Shown piece after piece: positions 39,262-50,790 of a stretch of 64,000 nt of DNA (positions are counted from its first letter, which is position 1; the number at the start of each line of letters is the position of its first letter). The stretch comes from Ranitomeya imitator. Lineage: Eukaryota. The notes under the pieces were generated by a model, which saw nothing but the letters and a program-made list of their open reading frames with translations, made no database searches and was not told where the DNA came from. The DNA is taken from positions 135,594,001 to 135,658,000 of the forward strand of contig NC_091285.1 of NCBI RefSeq assembly GCF_032444005.1. The letters are read 5' to 3'. The position numbers were made by a program, and so were the translations under genes.

Positions 39262-41517
39262 TTACACAGGATTAAGAACTTCAGAAATCTTATATGGCCC
39301 AATGAAACGAGGCTTAAACTTAGGAGAGGAAACCTTCATAGGAACATGACGAGATGACAACCAAACCAAATCCCCAACACGAAGTCGGGGACCAACACAG
39401 CGCCGGCGGTTAGCGAATTGTTGAGCCTTCTCCTGGGACAATGTCAAATTGTCCACCACATGAGTCCAAATCTGCTGCAACCTGTCCACCACCGTATCCA
39501 CACCAGGACAGTCCGAAGGCTCAACCTGTCCTGAAGAGAAACGAGGATGGAAACCAGAATTACAGAAAAAAGACGAAACCAAAGTAGCCGACCTGGCCCG
39601 ATTATTAAGGGCGAACTCAGCCAAAGGCAAGAAGGACACCCAATCATCCTGATCAGCAGAAACAAAGCATCTCAGATATGTCTCCAAAGTCTGATTAGTT
39701 CGTTCGGTTTGGCCATTTGTCTGAGGATGGAAAGCCGAAGAAAAAGACAAATCAATGCCCATCTTAGCACAAAAGGACCGCCAAAACCTTGAAACAAACT
39801 GAGAACCTCTGTCCGAGACAATGTTCTCCGGAATGCCATGCAAACGAACCACATGCTGGAAAAACAATGGCACCAAATCAGAGGAGGAAATATGCGTCCA
39901 GGGCCTCTTCGGGACCGGCAAGGGCAAAAGCAACCCACTGGCACGAGAACAGCAGGGCTTAGCCCGAGCACAAATCCCACAGGACTGCACAAAAGAACGC
40001 ACATCCCGTGACAAAGAAGGCCACCAAAAGGATCTAGCCACCAAATCTCTGGTACCAAAGATTCCAGGATGACCCGCCAACACCGAACAATGAACCTCAG
40101 AGATAACTCTACTAGTCCATCTATCAGGGACAAACAGTTTCTCCGCTGGACAACGGTCAGGTCTATCAGCCTGAAACTTCTGCAGCACGCGCCGCAAATC
40201 AGGGGAGATGGCAGACAAAATTACCCCCTCTTTGAGAATACCCGCCGGCTCAGGAACACCCGGAGAGTCAGGCACAAAACTCCTTGACAGGGCATCAGCC
40301 TTCACATTCCTAGAGCCCGGAAGGTACGAAACCACAAAATCAAAATGGGAGAAAAACAGCGACCATCGAGCCTGTCTAGGATTCAAACGTTTGGCAGACT
40401 CGAGATAAGTCAAGTTCTTATGATCAGTCAATACCACCACGCGATGCTTGGCTCCTTCAAGCCAATATCGCCACTCCTCGAATGCCCACTTCATGGCCAA
40501 CAACTCTCGATTGCCAACATCATAATTGCGCTCAGCAGGCAGGAATTTTCTAGAAAAGAAGGCACATGGTTTCATCACCGAGCCATCAGAACTTCTTTGC
40601 GACAAAACAGCCCCTGCTCCAATCTCAGGAGCATCAACCTCGACCTGAAACGGGAGCGAAACATCTGGCTGGCACAACACAGGGGCAGAAGAAAAATGAC
40701 GCTTCAACTCCTGAAAAGCCTCTACAGCCACCGAGGACCAATTGACCACATCAGCACCTTTCTTGGTCAAATCAGTCAATGGTTTAACAACACTAGAAAA
40801 ATTAGCGATGAAGCGACGGTAAAAATTAGCAAAGCCCAGGAACTTCTGCAGGCTCTTCACAGATGTCGGCTGAGTCCAATCATAAATGGCCTGAACTTTA
40901 ACAGGGTCCATCTCGATAGTAGAAGGGGAAAAAATTAAACCCAAAAATGAAACCTTCTGAACCCCAAAGAGACATTTCGGCCCCTTCACAAACAAGGAAT
41001 TCACACGAAGGACCTGGAACACAATTCTGACCTGCTTCACATGAGACTCCCAATCATCCGAAAAGACCAAAATATCATCTAAATATACAATCATGAATCT
41101 ATCCAGGTACTCTCGGAAGATGTCATGCATAAAGGACTGAAACACAGATGGAGCATTAGAAAGCCCGAATGGCATAACCAGGTACTCAAAATGGCCCTCG
41201 GGCGTATTAAATGCTGTTTTCCATTCATCGCCCTGTTTAATTTGCACAAGATTATACGCCCCTCGAAGATCTATCTTGGTGAACCAACTAGCCCCCTTAA
41301 TCCTAGCAAACAAATCAGACAGCAGCGGCAAAGGGTACTGAAATTTGACTGTGATCTTATTAAGAAGGCGGTAATCAATACAAGGTCTCAAAGAGCCATC
41401 CTTCTTGGCCACAAAAAAGAACCCTGCTCCCAACGGTGATGATGACGGGCGAATATGACCTTTCTCCAAGGATTCCTTTACATAACTCCGCATAGCGGCG
41501 TGCTCTGGCACAGACAA
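39262..41517 (-). pseudogene. pol fragment: reverse transcriptase, RNase H, integrase with internal deletion
   Basis: RPCIDYRLLN, YLDDILVFS, VDAPEIGAGAVLSQ, HHCC zinc finger, VSDRGSQF; the segment normally following WTHIS, including the first catalytic Asp, is missing. Confidence 0.93.
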
Positions 41518-42863
41518 ATCAGTCGGCCCTTAGGAAACTTACTACCAGGAATCAAATTAATAGCACAATCGCAATCCCTATGAGGAGGTAAGGCACCGGA
41601 TTTGGGCTCTTCAAATACATCCCGGTAATCTGACAAAAACTCAGGGACTTCAGAAGGAGTGGAAGGCGAAATTGACAGCAATGGAACATCACCATGAACC
41701 CCCTGACAACCCCAGCCGGACACAGACATAGATTTCCAATCCAGTACTGGATCATGGACCTGTAGCCATGGCAACCCCAAAACGACCACATTATGCAGAT
41801 TATGCAACATCAAAAAGCGAATATCCTCCTGATGTGCAGGAGCCATGCACATGGTCAATTGAGTCCAGTATTGAGGCTTATTCTTGGCCAAAGGCGTAGC
41901 ATCAATTCCTCTCAATGGAATAGGATACTGCAAGGGCTCCAAGAAAAAACCACAGCACCTGGCAAACTCCAAGTCCATCAAATTCAGGGCAGCGCCTGAA
42001 TCCACAAATGCCATAACAGAATAGGACGACAGAGAGCAAATCAGAGTAACGGACAAAAGAAATTTAGACTGTACCGTACCAATGGTGGCAGACCTAGCGA
42101 ACCGCTTAGTGCGCTTAAGACAATCGGAGATAGCATGAGTGAAATCACCACAGTAAAAACACAGTCCATTCCGATGTCTGTGTTCTTGCCGTTCTGCTCT
42201 GGTCAAAGTCCTATCACATTGCATAGGCTCAGGCCTATGCTCAGAGAATACCGCCAAATGGTGCACAGCTTTGCACTCACGCAAGCGCCGATCGATCTGA
42301 ATGGTCAAGGACATAGACTCATTCAGACCAGCAGGCGTGGGAAATCCCACCATGACATCCTTAAGGGCTTCAGAAAGACCCTTTCTGAAAATTGCCGCCA
42401 GGGCACACTCATTCCACTGAGTAAGCACAGACCACTTTCTAAACTTCTGACAGTACACCTCCGCTTCATCCTGACCCTGACACAAAGCCAGCAAGATTTT
42501 CTCTGCCTGATCCACTGAATTTAGTTCATCATAAAGCAATCCAAGCGCCAGAAAAAACGCATTAACATCACGCAATGCAGGATCTCCTGGCGCAAGGGAA
42601 AATGCCCAGTCTTGAGGGTCACCACGCAACAAAGAAATAATGATTTTTACTTGTTGAACGGGGTCACCAGAGGAGCGGGGTTTCAAAGCTAGAAAGAGTA
42701 TACAATTATTTTTGAAATTCAGGAATTTAGATCTATCCCCAGAAAACAAATCAGGAATTGGAATTCTAGGCTCTAACATCGGATTCTGAACCACAAAATC
42801 TTGAATGTTTTGTACCCTTGCCGTGAGATGATCCACACAAGAGGACAGACCCTGAATGTCCAT
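41478..42863 (-). pseudogene. gag-protease part of a formerly single gag-pol ORF, frameshifted at PKGRL
   Basis: MDIQGLSS start (42863), PEG10/RTL1-like capsid, CX2CX4HX4C knuckle CFYCGDFTHAISDC, protease motif FVDSGA. Confidence 0.92.
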
Positions 42864-42988
42864 ATCTACACCTGTGTTCTGAACCACCCAGAGGTTAAGG
42901 GGAAAAGAAAGACAAAAAACACTGCAGAGAAAAAAAAATGGTCTCAGAACTTCTCTTTTCCCTCTATTGAGATGCATTAATACTTTGG

Positions 42989-42997
42989 GCCAGCTGT
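42989..42997 (-). other. Primer-binding site position, complementary to a sequence inside the LTR (candidate self-priming)
   Basis: Minus strand ACAGCTGGC starts 2 nt after the 5' LTR; its complement GCCAGCTGT is on the same strand at 43775-43767. Confidence 0.65.
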
Positions 42998-42999
42998 AC

Positions 43000-43958
43000 T
43001 GTTATGGACCTGGTGGTTAAGAGCACCCGGAACGACCTAATGGTTAAACTCACACAGGACAAGCTCTGGGAAGTGGGAACTCTGCTGACCGCAACCCCTA
43101 ATCCTATCACACAACTAGAAATAGCCGTGGAGCGTACCTAACACGACCTAGACGCCTCTTCACAGCCTAAGAGCTAACTAGCCCTAAAGATAGAAAATAA
43201 AGCCTACCTTGCCTCAGAGAAATTCCCCAAAGAAAAAGGCAGCCCCCCACATATAATGACTGTGAGTAAAGATGAAAATACAAACACAGAGATGAAATAG
43301 ATTTAGCAAAGTGAGGCCCGACTTACTGAACAGACTGAGGATAGGAAAGGTAGCTTTGCGGTCAGCACAAAAACCTACAAAAAGACCACGCAGAGGGCGC
43401 AAAAAGACCCACCGCACCGACTCACGGTGAGTTAAGATGAAAGTCACAAACACAGAGATGAAACAGGTTTCAGCAAAGGGAGGCCAGACTTACTAAACAG
43501 ACTGAGGATAGAAAAGGTATCTTTGCGGTCAGCACAAAAAACTACAAAAAACCACGCAGAGTGTGCAAAAACACCTCCGCACTGACTCACGGTGTGGAGG
43601 TGCCACTCTGCATCCCAGAGCTTCCAGCTAGCAAGACAAAATCATGATAGCCAACTGGACAAGGAAACAATGAACAAATAATTAACTAGCAGGGACTTAG
43701 CTTCTGCTGGAGTAGACAGGTCACCAGAAAGATCCAAGAGCGAACTGAACCAGTACAAGAACATTGACAGCTGGCATGGAGTAACGATCTGAGTGGAGTT
43801 AAATAGAACAACCAGCCAAAGAATAAACTACGTCACCTGTGGAAGGAACCTCAGAAGCAGCAGCTCCACTCACAGCCACCAGAGGGAGTCCATGGACAGA
43901 ACCCGCCGAAGTACCATTCATGACCACAGGAGGGAGTTCGAAAACAGAATTCACAACA
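43000..43958 (-). repeat. 5' LTR (959 bp, includes an extra 165-bp diverged duplicate)
   Basis: Matches 38123-38916 except for the extra segment at 43262-43426. Confidence 0.95.
43799..43805 (-). promoter_or_regulatory. Candidate LTR TATA box
   Basis: TATTTAA on minus strand, starting about 30 nt upstream of the GCCAGCTGT segment that would form the transcript 5' end. Confidence 0.5.
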
Positions 43959-43965
43959 CCTTTCC

Positions 43966-44616
43966 TGTTGTGAATTTTGTTGTCAAACTCCCTCCTGTGG
44001 TCGTGCCAGCTGTCAATATTTTTGCATTGGTTCAGTTCGCTCCTGGATCTCTCTGGTGACCTGCCTTCTCCTGCAGAAGCTAAGTTCCTGATAGTCATTA
44101 TTTGTTCATTGTTTTCTTGTCCAGCTGGTTATCATGATTTTGCCTTGCTAGCTGGAAGCTCTGGGATGCAGAGTGGCCCCTCCGCACCGTGAGTCGGTGC
44201 GGAGGTCTTTTTTGCACACTCTGCGTGGTCTTTTGTAGGTTTTTGTGCTGATCGCAAAGTTACCTTTCCTATCCTCTGTCTATTTAGTAAGTCTGGCCTC
44301 CCTTTGCTGAAACCTGTTTCATCTCTGCGTTTGTGATTTCCTTCTTTACTCACAGTCAATATATGTGGGGGGCTTCCTTTACCTTTGGGGAATTTCTCTG
44401 AGGCAAGGTAGGCTTTATTTTCTATCTCTAGGGCTAGCTAGATCTTAGGCTGTGATGAGGCGCCTAGGGAGCGTCAGGAGCGCTCCATGGCTATTTTTAG
44501 TGTGTGTGATAGGATTAGGGCTTGCGGTCAGCAGAGCTCCCACATCCCAGAGCTCGTCCTTTATGAGGTTTAACTATCAGGTCATTCCGGGTGCTCCTAA
44601 CCACCAGGTCATAACA
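43966..44616 (+). mobile_element. Solo LTR of a related chromovirus subfamily, opposite orientation (651 bp)
   Basis: TGTTGTGAATT...GGTCATAACA; CTTTCC on both flanks (43960-43965, 44617-44622); lacks about 140 bp of U3. Confidence 0.92.
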
Positions 44617-45439
44617 CTTTCCCCCACATCCCTCATTTTGTCCTCTCCTTCACATTGTCCTTCCATCCACACCCTCATACTGTACTCTGTACTCGCCCCC
44701 ATCCCTCATATTGTCCTCTTCATGACATCTCTCATATTGTCCTTTCCCCCATATCCCTCATATTGTCCTCTCCCCATCATCCCTCATACTATCCTCTCCC
44801 CCACATCTCTCATTTTGTCCTCTCCCCCTTATCCATCATACTGTCCTTTCCCCCATATCCCACATATTGTCCTCTCCCCTGTGTACTATAAAAAAAAAAA
44901 CAACACTCACTTGTCCATCTGTTTTACACCAGAACCACTTCTTTCTTCCTTGCCCGCAACTTTCTAAATGACACAGGTGCACATGGTGTGCTGACATCAT
45001 CAAGCTGCATGCATTCGTGTCAGAGATAGAGCCCAGCAGACAACTAAGATGGATTCCTGCGGCTCCGCTGCCATTTTCTCCTGTAGGCTGGAGAGCTGCA
45101 GGATCGCTCCCTGTCCAGCACACTGCATATGATGAGGGCAATCTGGCCATGGGTGCCCCGGAGCTCCTGGTTACCAGCAACAGGCCAGATTGTCCTCATT
45201 ATTACTGCCCTGCAATAGCTCCCCTCCACTTCTGTGCGTAGCTGCAGCGGCTGCATCGGGGACATGTCCACCCCTGCTTCCTCTCCCATCATTCCCCCTC
45301 TGTGTCTGAGCTTTGTTACGTCTCAGTGCAGAAGGCGCGATAACGTCACTACATTGCGCCCTCTGTGCTGAAGAGTATAGAGGGTCAGAAGAGACCAGAG
45401 CAGCGGGTAATGGTGAGAAGTGAGTATTTATGTATTTAT

Positions 45440-46050
45440 TTTTAATGCAGGCTCCTTTATATTGTATGTAGGACTACCTGGCACCTATAATAATGTATGT
45501 AGGACTATATGGGGCCCATAATAATGTATGGAGGACTATATGGGGCCATATTAATATATAGCTGACTATGTGGGGCACATCATACTGTATGGAGAACTGT
45601 CTTAGACCCATAATACTGTATAGATGATAGTCTGGGGCCCATTATACTGTATGGAGGCCTGTCTGAGGCCCATTATACCGAATGGAGAAATATGTGGGAC
45701 CCATTATACTTGACAGAGGAATATGTGGGGCTCATTATACTTTATGGAGGATTATTCGGGGTCCATTATACTGTGTGGAGGACTATATGGGGCCTTTATA
45801 TTGTTTGCAGGTCAATGTGAATGAGCCATTATATTGTTTGAAGGTCTAAATAGGGGGCAATATACTGTTTTCAAGTATATGAGGAGGGTCATTATACTGT
45901 TTGCAGGACTATGCTTGGGCCATTACACTGTTTGCATTACTACGTGGGTGGGCATTATATTGTTTACAGGTCTATATGGATGTGCTATTATTGCTATTAT
46001 ACTTTTTGCAGGTCTATGTGGAGGAATTATACTGTTTGCAGGGCTATATG
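45440..46050 (+). repeat. Degenerate minisatellite of about 30 bp (CATTATACTGTATGGAGGACTATATGGGGCC-like)
   Basis: Repeated ATTATACTG and TATGTGGGG motifs. Confidence 0.7.
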
Positions 46051-46329
46051 ATGCTCCTCTGAGAAATATGCAAATTGTCTCTTCAGAGAGGAAGTGAACT
46101 AGAACTCTAGTACCACCTATTGGAAGTAGCAATCCTAACAGTCAATGTCGACTCTTTAACGAGCGTTGTCACATGACTTAGGATAATAGCCAAACCAGAA
46201 TCTCAGAGGAGCATTGCGGCTTAAAGTCTCCTCACCTCAACATGCTTATCATGTCACTCTCCGCAAGGAGAAACGATACTTCTTGGATCCCGGTCAGACG
46301 CCTCTCAATCAGCCAAACCAGATCTCCAC

Positions 46330-46374
46330 TTTGCACTGATGAGGGGCAGTACCCCGAAACACAGTGTCTGCAAA
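46330..46374 (+). ncRNA. Intact minimal type I hammerhead ribozyme
   Basis: TTTGCA-CTGATGA-GGGG-CAGTA-CCCC-GAAA-CACAGTG-TC-TGCAAA: complete catalytic core, 6-bp stem I, 4-bp stem II, GUC triplet with predicted cleavage after 46368. Confidence 0.9.
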
Positions 46375-46505
46375 TTGAGATTCTGGTTTGGCTATTATCC
46401 TAAGTCATGTGACAAGGCTCGTTAAAGAGTCGACATTGACTGTTAGGATTGCTACTTCAAATAGGTGGCACCAGAGTTCTAGTTTTCTTCCTCTCTGAAG
46501 AGACA

Positions 46506-46513
46506 ATTTGCAT
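46506..46513 (+). promoter_or_regulatory. Octamer motif (ATTTGCAT) in the 316-bp monomer
   Basis: ATTTGCATATTTCCC is also present in the 352-bp family and in the inverted segment (46068-46075). Function is inferred. Confidence 0.5.
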
Positions 46514-46719
46514 ATTTCCCAGAGGAGCATTGCGGCTTTAAGTCTCCTCACCTCGACATGCTTATCATGTCACTCTCCGCAAGGAGAAACGATCCTTTGT
46601 AAGGGCAGCAAAGCTGTGACATAAGTTCTTCTTTGACCTCACCCAAGTTTTTTTTTTGGGGGGGGAAGCAATTAGAACTTCTGTTTCCATTATTGCTTTG
46701 TACGCCCCTGCCAACCATA

Positions 46720-47095
46720 TTGATGATAGTGAACTTTATTTTTCTCAGGAGCAGCCGGCTTTCAGTCATGCAATTACATTCACCAGTCAGAGAACTGAGA
46801 ATTAGGGTTATAAGCATGTCCCTGCCACTGACTGACAGCTGGCTCTACAGTACATCAGTGCATGCACAGCCGGCTGTCAGTTAGTGCCAGGGCAATCTTA
46901 CTGCCGCCTCTGTCAGTGCTCAGACTGGTGACTGTAATTTCTTTGGGTACACCTGCATGACTGAAAGCCTATAGCTCCCGGGAAAAATAAGGTTAATTTT
47001 CTAAATGGTGCTTCACTTTCAGTAATGTGGCTGGGCACCTTCATAATGTTATTAATCTGCAGGTTATTAGCGTTATTGGACCTGTCAGGTTCCCT
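46720..47095. mobile_element. Partial Kolobok/T2-type MITE (right end only), left boundary approximate
   Basis: Ends CAGGTTCCCT|TTAA like the 48175-48502 MITE; internal inverted repeat; left TIR not found. Confidence 0.5.
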
Positions 47096-47782
47096 TTAAA
47101 CTTCCACAACATTAATATGGCTTGGCTCTGTTACTGATACTGCTATTTATGTATTACTTTTGAGTGTCTGATGATTTTCACTGATTAGCAACATGTAAAC
47201 ACGGACATGTGGCAAGTGGAGTTCGGAACTCACTGTGATGCGGTACGGTACTTGCATGGCTGTTAGCAGATGTTCAGACATATGATTCAGAGACAAACAC
47301 ATGAACTTTAAGGCCAAACTGAGAATTTGAGAACTAGCCAACCTTCTTAGTTTTTGCTGGATAACAGAAAGATCTAACGGTTACTCAATACATACATGGG
47401 CCTAATCCATTTAAAACTTCAAACACTGGTTGACATGCTTTCATCACTTATTCACATTTGCCTTGCCTTTCCTTTCACTTTGCCGCTTTGCAATTTAAGG
47501 ATTCAGCTGTTGAAAATAATATTGCATGGTTAAATGGTCTGGAAAAATGTGTGAAAGGAACGAATTACAAGTTAAGAGAACAAATAAGATTTAATTCCAC
47601 AATTCCCTAGTATAGTGCAGCCTGAGACATTTTATTGAGTCTCCTATTTGGCTTTGAACATGTTTTCGAATTTTAAATTTGTGCCTTATAATTTATCCAG
47701 ATGTATTCCAGTCTGCTGTGATTTTTAACAAAATTCCTAATTACGTTTGGTGTTGCTGTTTGTCAGAACATTCTGAGCCATG

Positions 47783-48550
47783 ATAATAATTTTATTTATA
47801 TAGCGCTAACATATTCTGCAGCGCTTTACAAATTATAAAGAAGATTTGGACAGACAATAGACATTACAGCATAACAAAAATCAGTTGAAAATAGATACCA
47901 AGAGGAGTGAGGGCCCTGCTCGCAAGCTTACAAACTATGAGGAAAAGGGGAGACACGAGAGGTGGATGGTAACAATTGCTATAGTTATTCGGACCAGCCA
48001 TAGTGTAAGGCTCGGGTGTTCATGTAAAGCTGCATGAACCGGTTAACTGCCTAAGTATGTAGCAGTATAGATACAGAGGGCTATTAACTGCATAAAGTGT
48101 ATGAGAACATGATCCAAAGAACCTGATTATGGTTTAAGTTTTTTGAATGGGCCACACAGGGATAGTTAGGTTAAAGGGAACCTGTCACCTGAATTTGGCG
48201 GGACTGGTTTTGGGTCATATGGGCGGAGTTTTCGGGTGTTTTATTCACCCTTTCCTTACCTGCTGGCTGCATGCTGGCCGAAATATTGGATTGAAGTTCA
48301 TTCTCTGTCCTCCGTAGTACACGCCTGCGCAAAGTAATCTTACCTTGCGCAGGCGTGTACTATGGAAGACAGAGAATGAACTTCAATCCAATATTTCGGC
48401 CAGCATGCAGCCAGCAGGCAAGGAAAGGGTGAAGCAAACACCCGAAAACTCCGCCCATATGACCCAAAACTGGTCCCGCCAAATTCAGGTGACAGGTTCC
48501 CTTTAATGCGTTGAGGAGGTAGGCCAGTCTGAACAAATGCGTTTTTAGAA
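47783..48550 (-). mobile_element. L2/CR1-type LINE 3' tail fragment interrupted by a MITE
   Basis: ATAATAATTTTATTTATATAGCGCTAACATATTCTGCAGCGCTTTACA resembles the reverse of amphibian L2-type 3' ends; sequence resumes after the TTAA insertion. Confidence 0.55.
48175..48502. mobile_element. Kolobok/T2-family palindromic MITE
   Basis: TTAA|AGGGAACCTGTCACCTGAATTTGGCGGGAC ... GTCCCGCCAAATTCAGGTGACAGGTTCCCT|TTAA; almost fully self-complementary. Confidence 0.92.
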
Positions 48551-48720
48551 CAAAAAATGAGGTATGGAGGGCACCACTACACCATATTAAAAAAGGGGTT
48601 CACCTATGGGCAAAAAGGGTTGAAACATGCAAAACACAAAAAAAGCATGCCCATATATTTAGGGAACACCCAAACATATCAAATAATCAGTTTATTACAG
48701 GAAATGAAAAAAATCAAACA

Positions 48721-49817
48721 GTCATTACACTTAGGACACAATAGCAATTAAAATCATTTAAAAACAATCGTGAAAATCCAAAGGTCATGTCCAATAATAA
48801 GGAACATATGCCTCCCCGTAATTACCCAAACATGCTTAATATCGTAAACATAGGCTCAAAAAGACAAGTATATTAATACCACTCAAAGACTAAACCATAA
48901 ATGTCTGTCAATGAGCTGACCTATCTATTCACAGTGCCATATTGATTATGTGGTGGAAAAAAGGAGGAACATTTTTCCTATATATGCTGGCGCATATGCA
49001 TGCACACTTGCACATGTAAATATGCGACAGGTCAGATGAACAATCACGAAAACCCTATATGAATTAATAAACCTAATGAGGTGAACAATAATAACACATC
49101 AAGTATCTATAGATATCAGTTAATATACAGAACCTGTCATCCACCAAAAGGTAAGGAAAAGGAAGGCCAGCGCTCAAATCCCACAAATGGGGCATGGAAA
49201 TATCCAATAGAGAGCCATAGGAGCAGAGGGTAGTAGCGGGTAAGCACCCCACACGTATCGCCACCAAGACTGTGACTTCTTCAGGGAGAAAATTCACATG
49301 CACTGTGTCCAACAAGTGCACTATATGTAACCCATCGCTAATTAATAATATGAACCATCTGAGAGCGTACTAACCGTAGACATGGTGAGCTGTGCAAAGA
49401 GAGTGCGGATTTCAGCCATCTTGTTAGGTACAGCAAGTTGTCAGTATCAATAAAGTTATTTTTGGCACCAACTGCGCATGTGCCAAAAATCTCAGTCCGC
49501 AACTGCGCACAAGAGCCAAGTACAAGGATAGAGTGTTGTTATGAGGCATGCAGCGCAAGCACACAATTGCGTAACATCCATACCCAGCAGCACAAGCCCC
49601 ACACGCAAACAGCCACACCAAATGCAATGCAGGAATGTGCCCGCAAACAAAGAGGGGGCCCCCCTCACACACATACACACGTACACACGTATATAATTCC
49701 TCAACATCGGGGGGCAAACTCCAATTGAACCCGACATAAACAAAAACAGAAAATAAAGAAATATGTGCATATATACGCGCACTAAATGTGAGCTTAATTT
49801 ATTGTGTATGCTAAACA
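48721..49817 (-). repeat. Left arm of a second inverted pair of PLE terminal sequences
   Basis: Reverse complement of 51932-53030 (high identity by eye); hammerhead-like motif at 49247. Confidence 0.88.
49247..49287 (-). ncRNA. PLE-type hammerhead-like motif, GAUA variant
   Basis: Minus strand CC-CTGAAGA-A-GTCAC-AGTCTTG-GTGGC-GATA-CGTGT-GGGG. Confidence 0.45.
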
Positions 49818-49835
49818 GGGTTTGCGTGTAATGGT

Positions 49836-49935
49836 GGTGGACCAAGTGCATGGAAATATCCGAGGTGGGAATTTAACAAAGGAGTTACTTTGTCGAGAAT
49901 CACGCTGGATTTATGATTTGAAAAGTCTACTCCAA
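49836..49935 (+). pseudogene. C-terminal stub of a PLE GIY-YIG endonuclease
   Basis: VDQVHGNIRGGNLTKELLCRESRWIYDLKSL-(frameshift)-PNGLNEE. Confidence 0.75.
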
Positions 49936-50790
49936 ATGGTCTGAATGAAGAACTACTTTTTTCTGGCTTTTATGGGTAATGCTTTTCTCAGTTTTTTTTT
50001 CGGACCTAATGCATTTTTGGTTCTTTCTTTCTTTCAGTCTCCCCTTCATTTTGCAAGTCTTTTACCTACTACATCTTTATTCAAGAGTGATCAACTTATG
50101 ATTCATTCCCTCAACCTGATTTACTTACCATCTGGTTCTCTTCCGTTTTTGGTTCTGGATGGTCACTGACTTTGCGCCTTTTTGTATATCGAAGCCCATA
50201 CTTACCTGGTTATGGATTGCTCTAAAAAATTGTCATCTTCTTTTACCTATCTTTCAACAAAGAGCTCTCCTTATAGCTGTATGGTGTCTCTCTGAGGTAT
50301 TGTCTTTGAAGTTTTTGGACGTATACATCATGAAATAGACATCATTTAAGGTTAGAGTTGTTTGATATGTGCTGTTTTTTGCACTACTCATCTGGATTAT
50401 CATAAAATACCTTAAGGTAGTATCTCTGAGACTTATTATTGCCATTTTTTTGCCTTCCAATAACTTTTATTATACCTAGCCACTTGGGTATATGGTTGCT
50501 ATTTGTTCTCTTTTCATACTTTCATTTGTTCATATGTATGTCCTTGTAACAGTGTGTCCCTGTATGTGTGTCCTTGTATGGACTGTTTGAATCATTACCT
50601 TTCGTGCCTTATACTTCCGAATGATGGGATCACCCTTAGGACTATTTGGACACATGAAAACCATCTCTCTGGACAACTGATTTGCTTTATCTCCATCCTG
50701 GCCTTTGCCCCACAAGGGAAGAAGTGATGAAAATCAGTATGGATTGATGACCTGTTCGCCCAAGAGGGACTGTTACAATTGGTTTATATG

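Larger units (their letters stand above)
38123..43958 (-). mobile_element. Full-length, defective Ty3/Gypsy chromovirus LTR retrotransposon (sushi/Tf1 group)
   Basis: Two TG...CA LTRs, gag-pro-RT-RNH-IN-chromodomain order, polypurine tract, CCTTTC on both flanks (38117-38122, 43959-43964). Confidence 0.97.
36400..44885 (+). repeat. CT-rich minisatellite (about 26-29 bp, CCTCATATTGTCCTCTCCCCCACATC-like) broken into pieces by three insertions
   Basis: Units visible at about 36400-36508, 38106-38122 and 44617-44885. Confidence 0.7.
46051..46593 (+). mobile_element. Retrozyme-like insertion: about 1.2 copies of a 316-bp monomer plus a 5' inverted segment
   Basis: 46206-46277 repeats at 46522-46593; 46051-46205 is the reverse complement of about 46376-46530; hammerhead at 46330. 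Confidence 0.85.

Noticed and set aside
41478-42977. Possible domesticated PEG10/RTL1-like gene
   Set aside because: It is flanked by two LTRs with a TSD and carries a frameshift, an integrase deletion and a premature stop, so it is an ordinary decaying retrotransposon.
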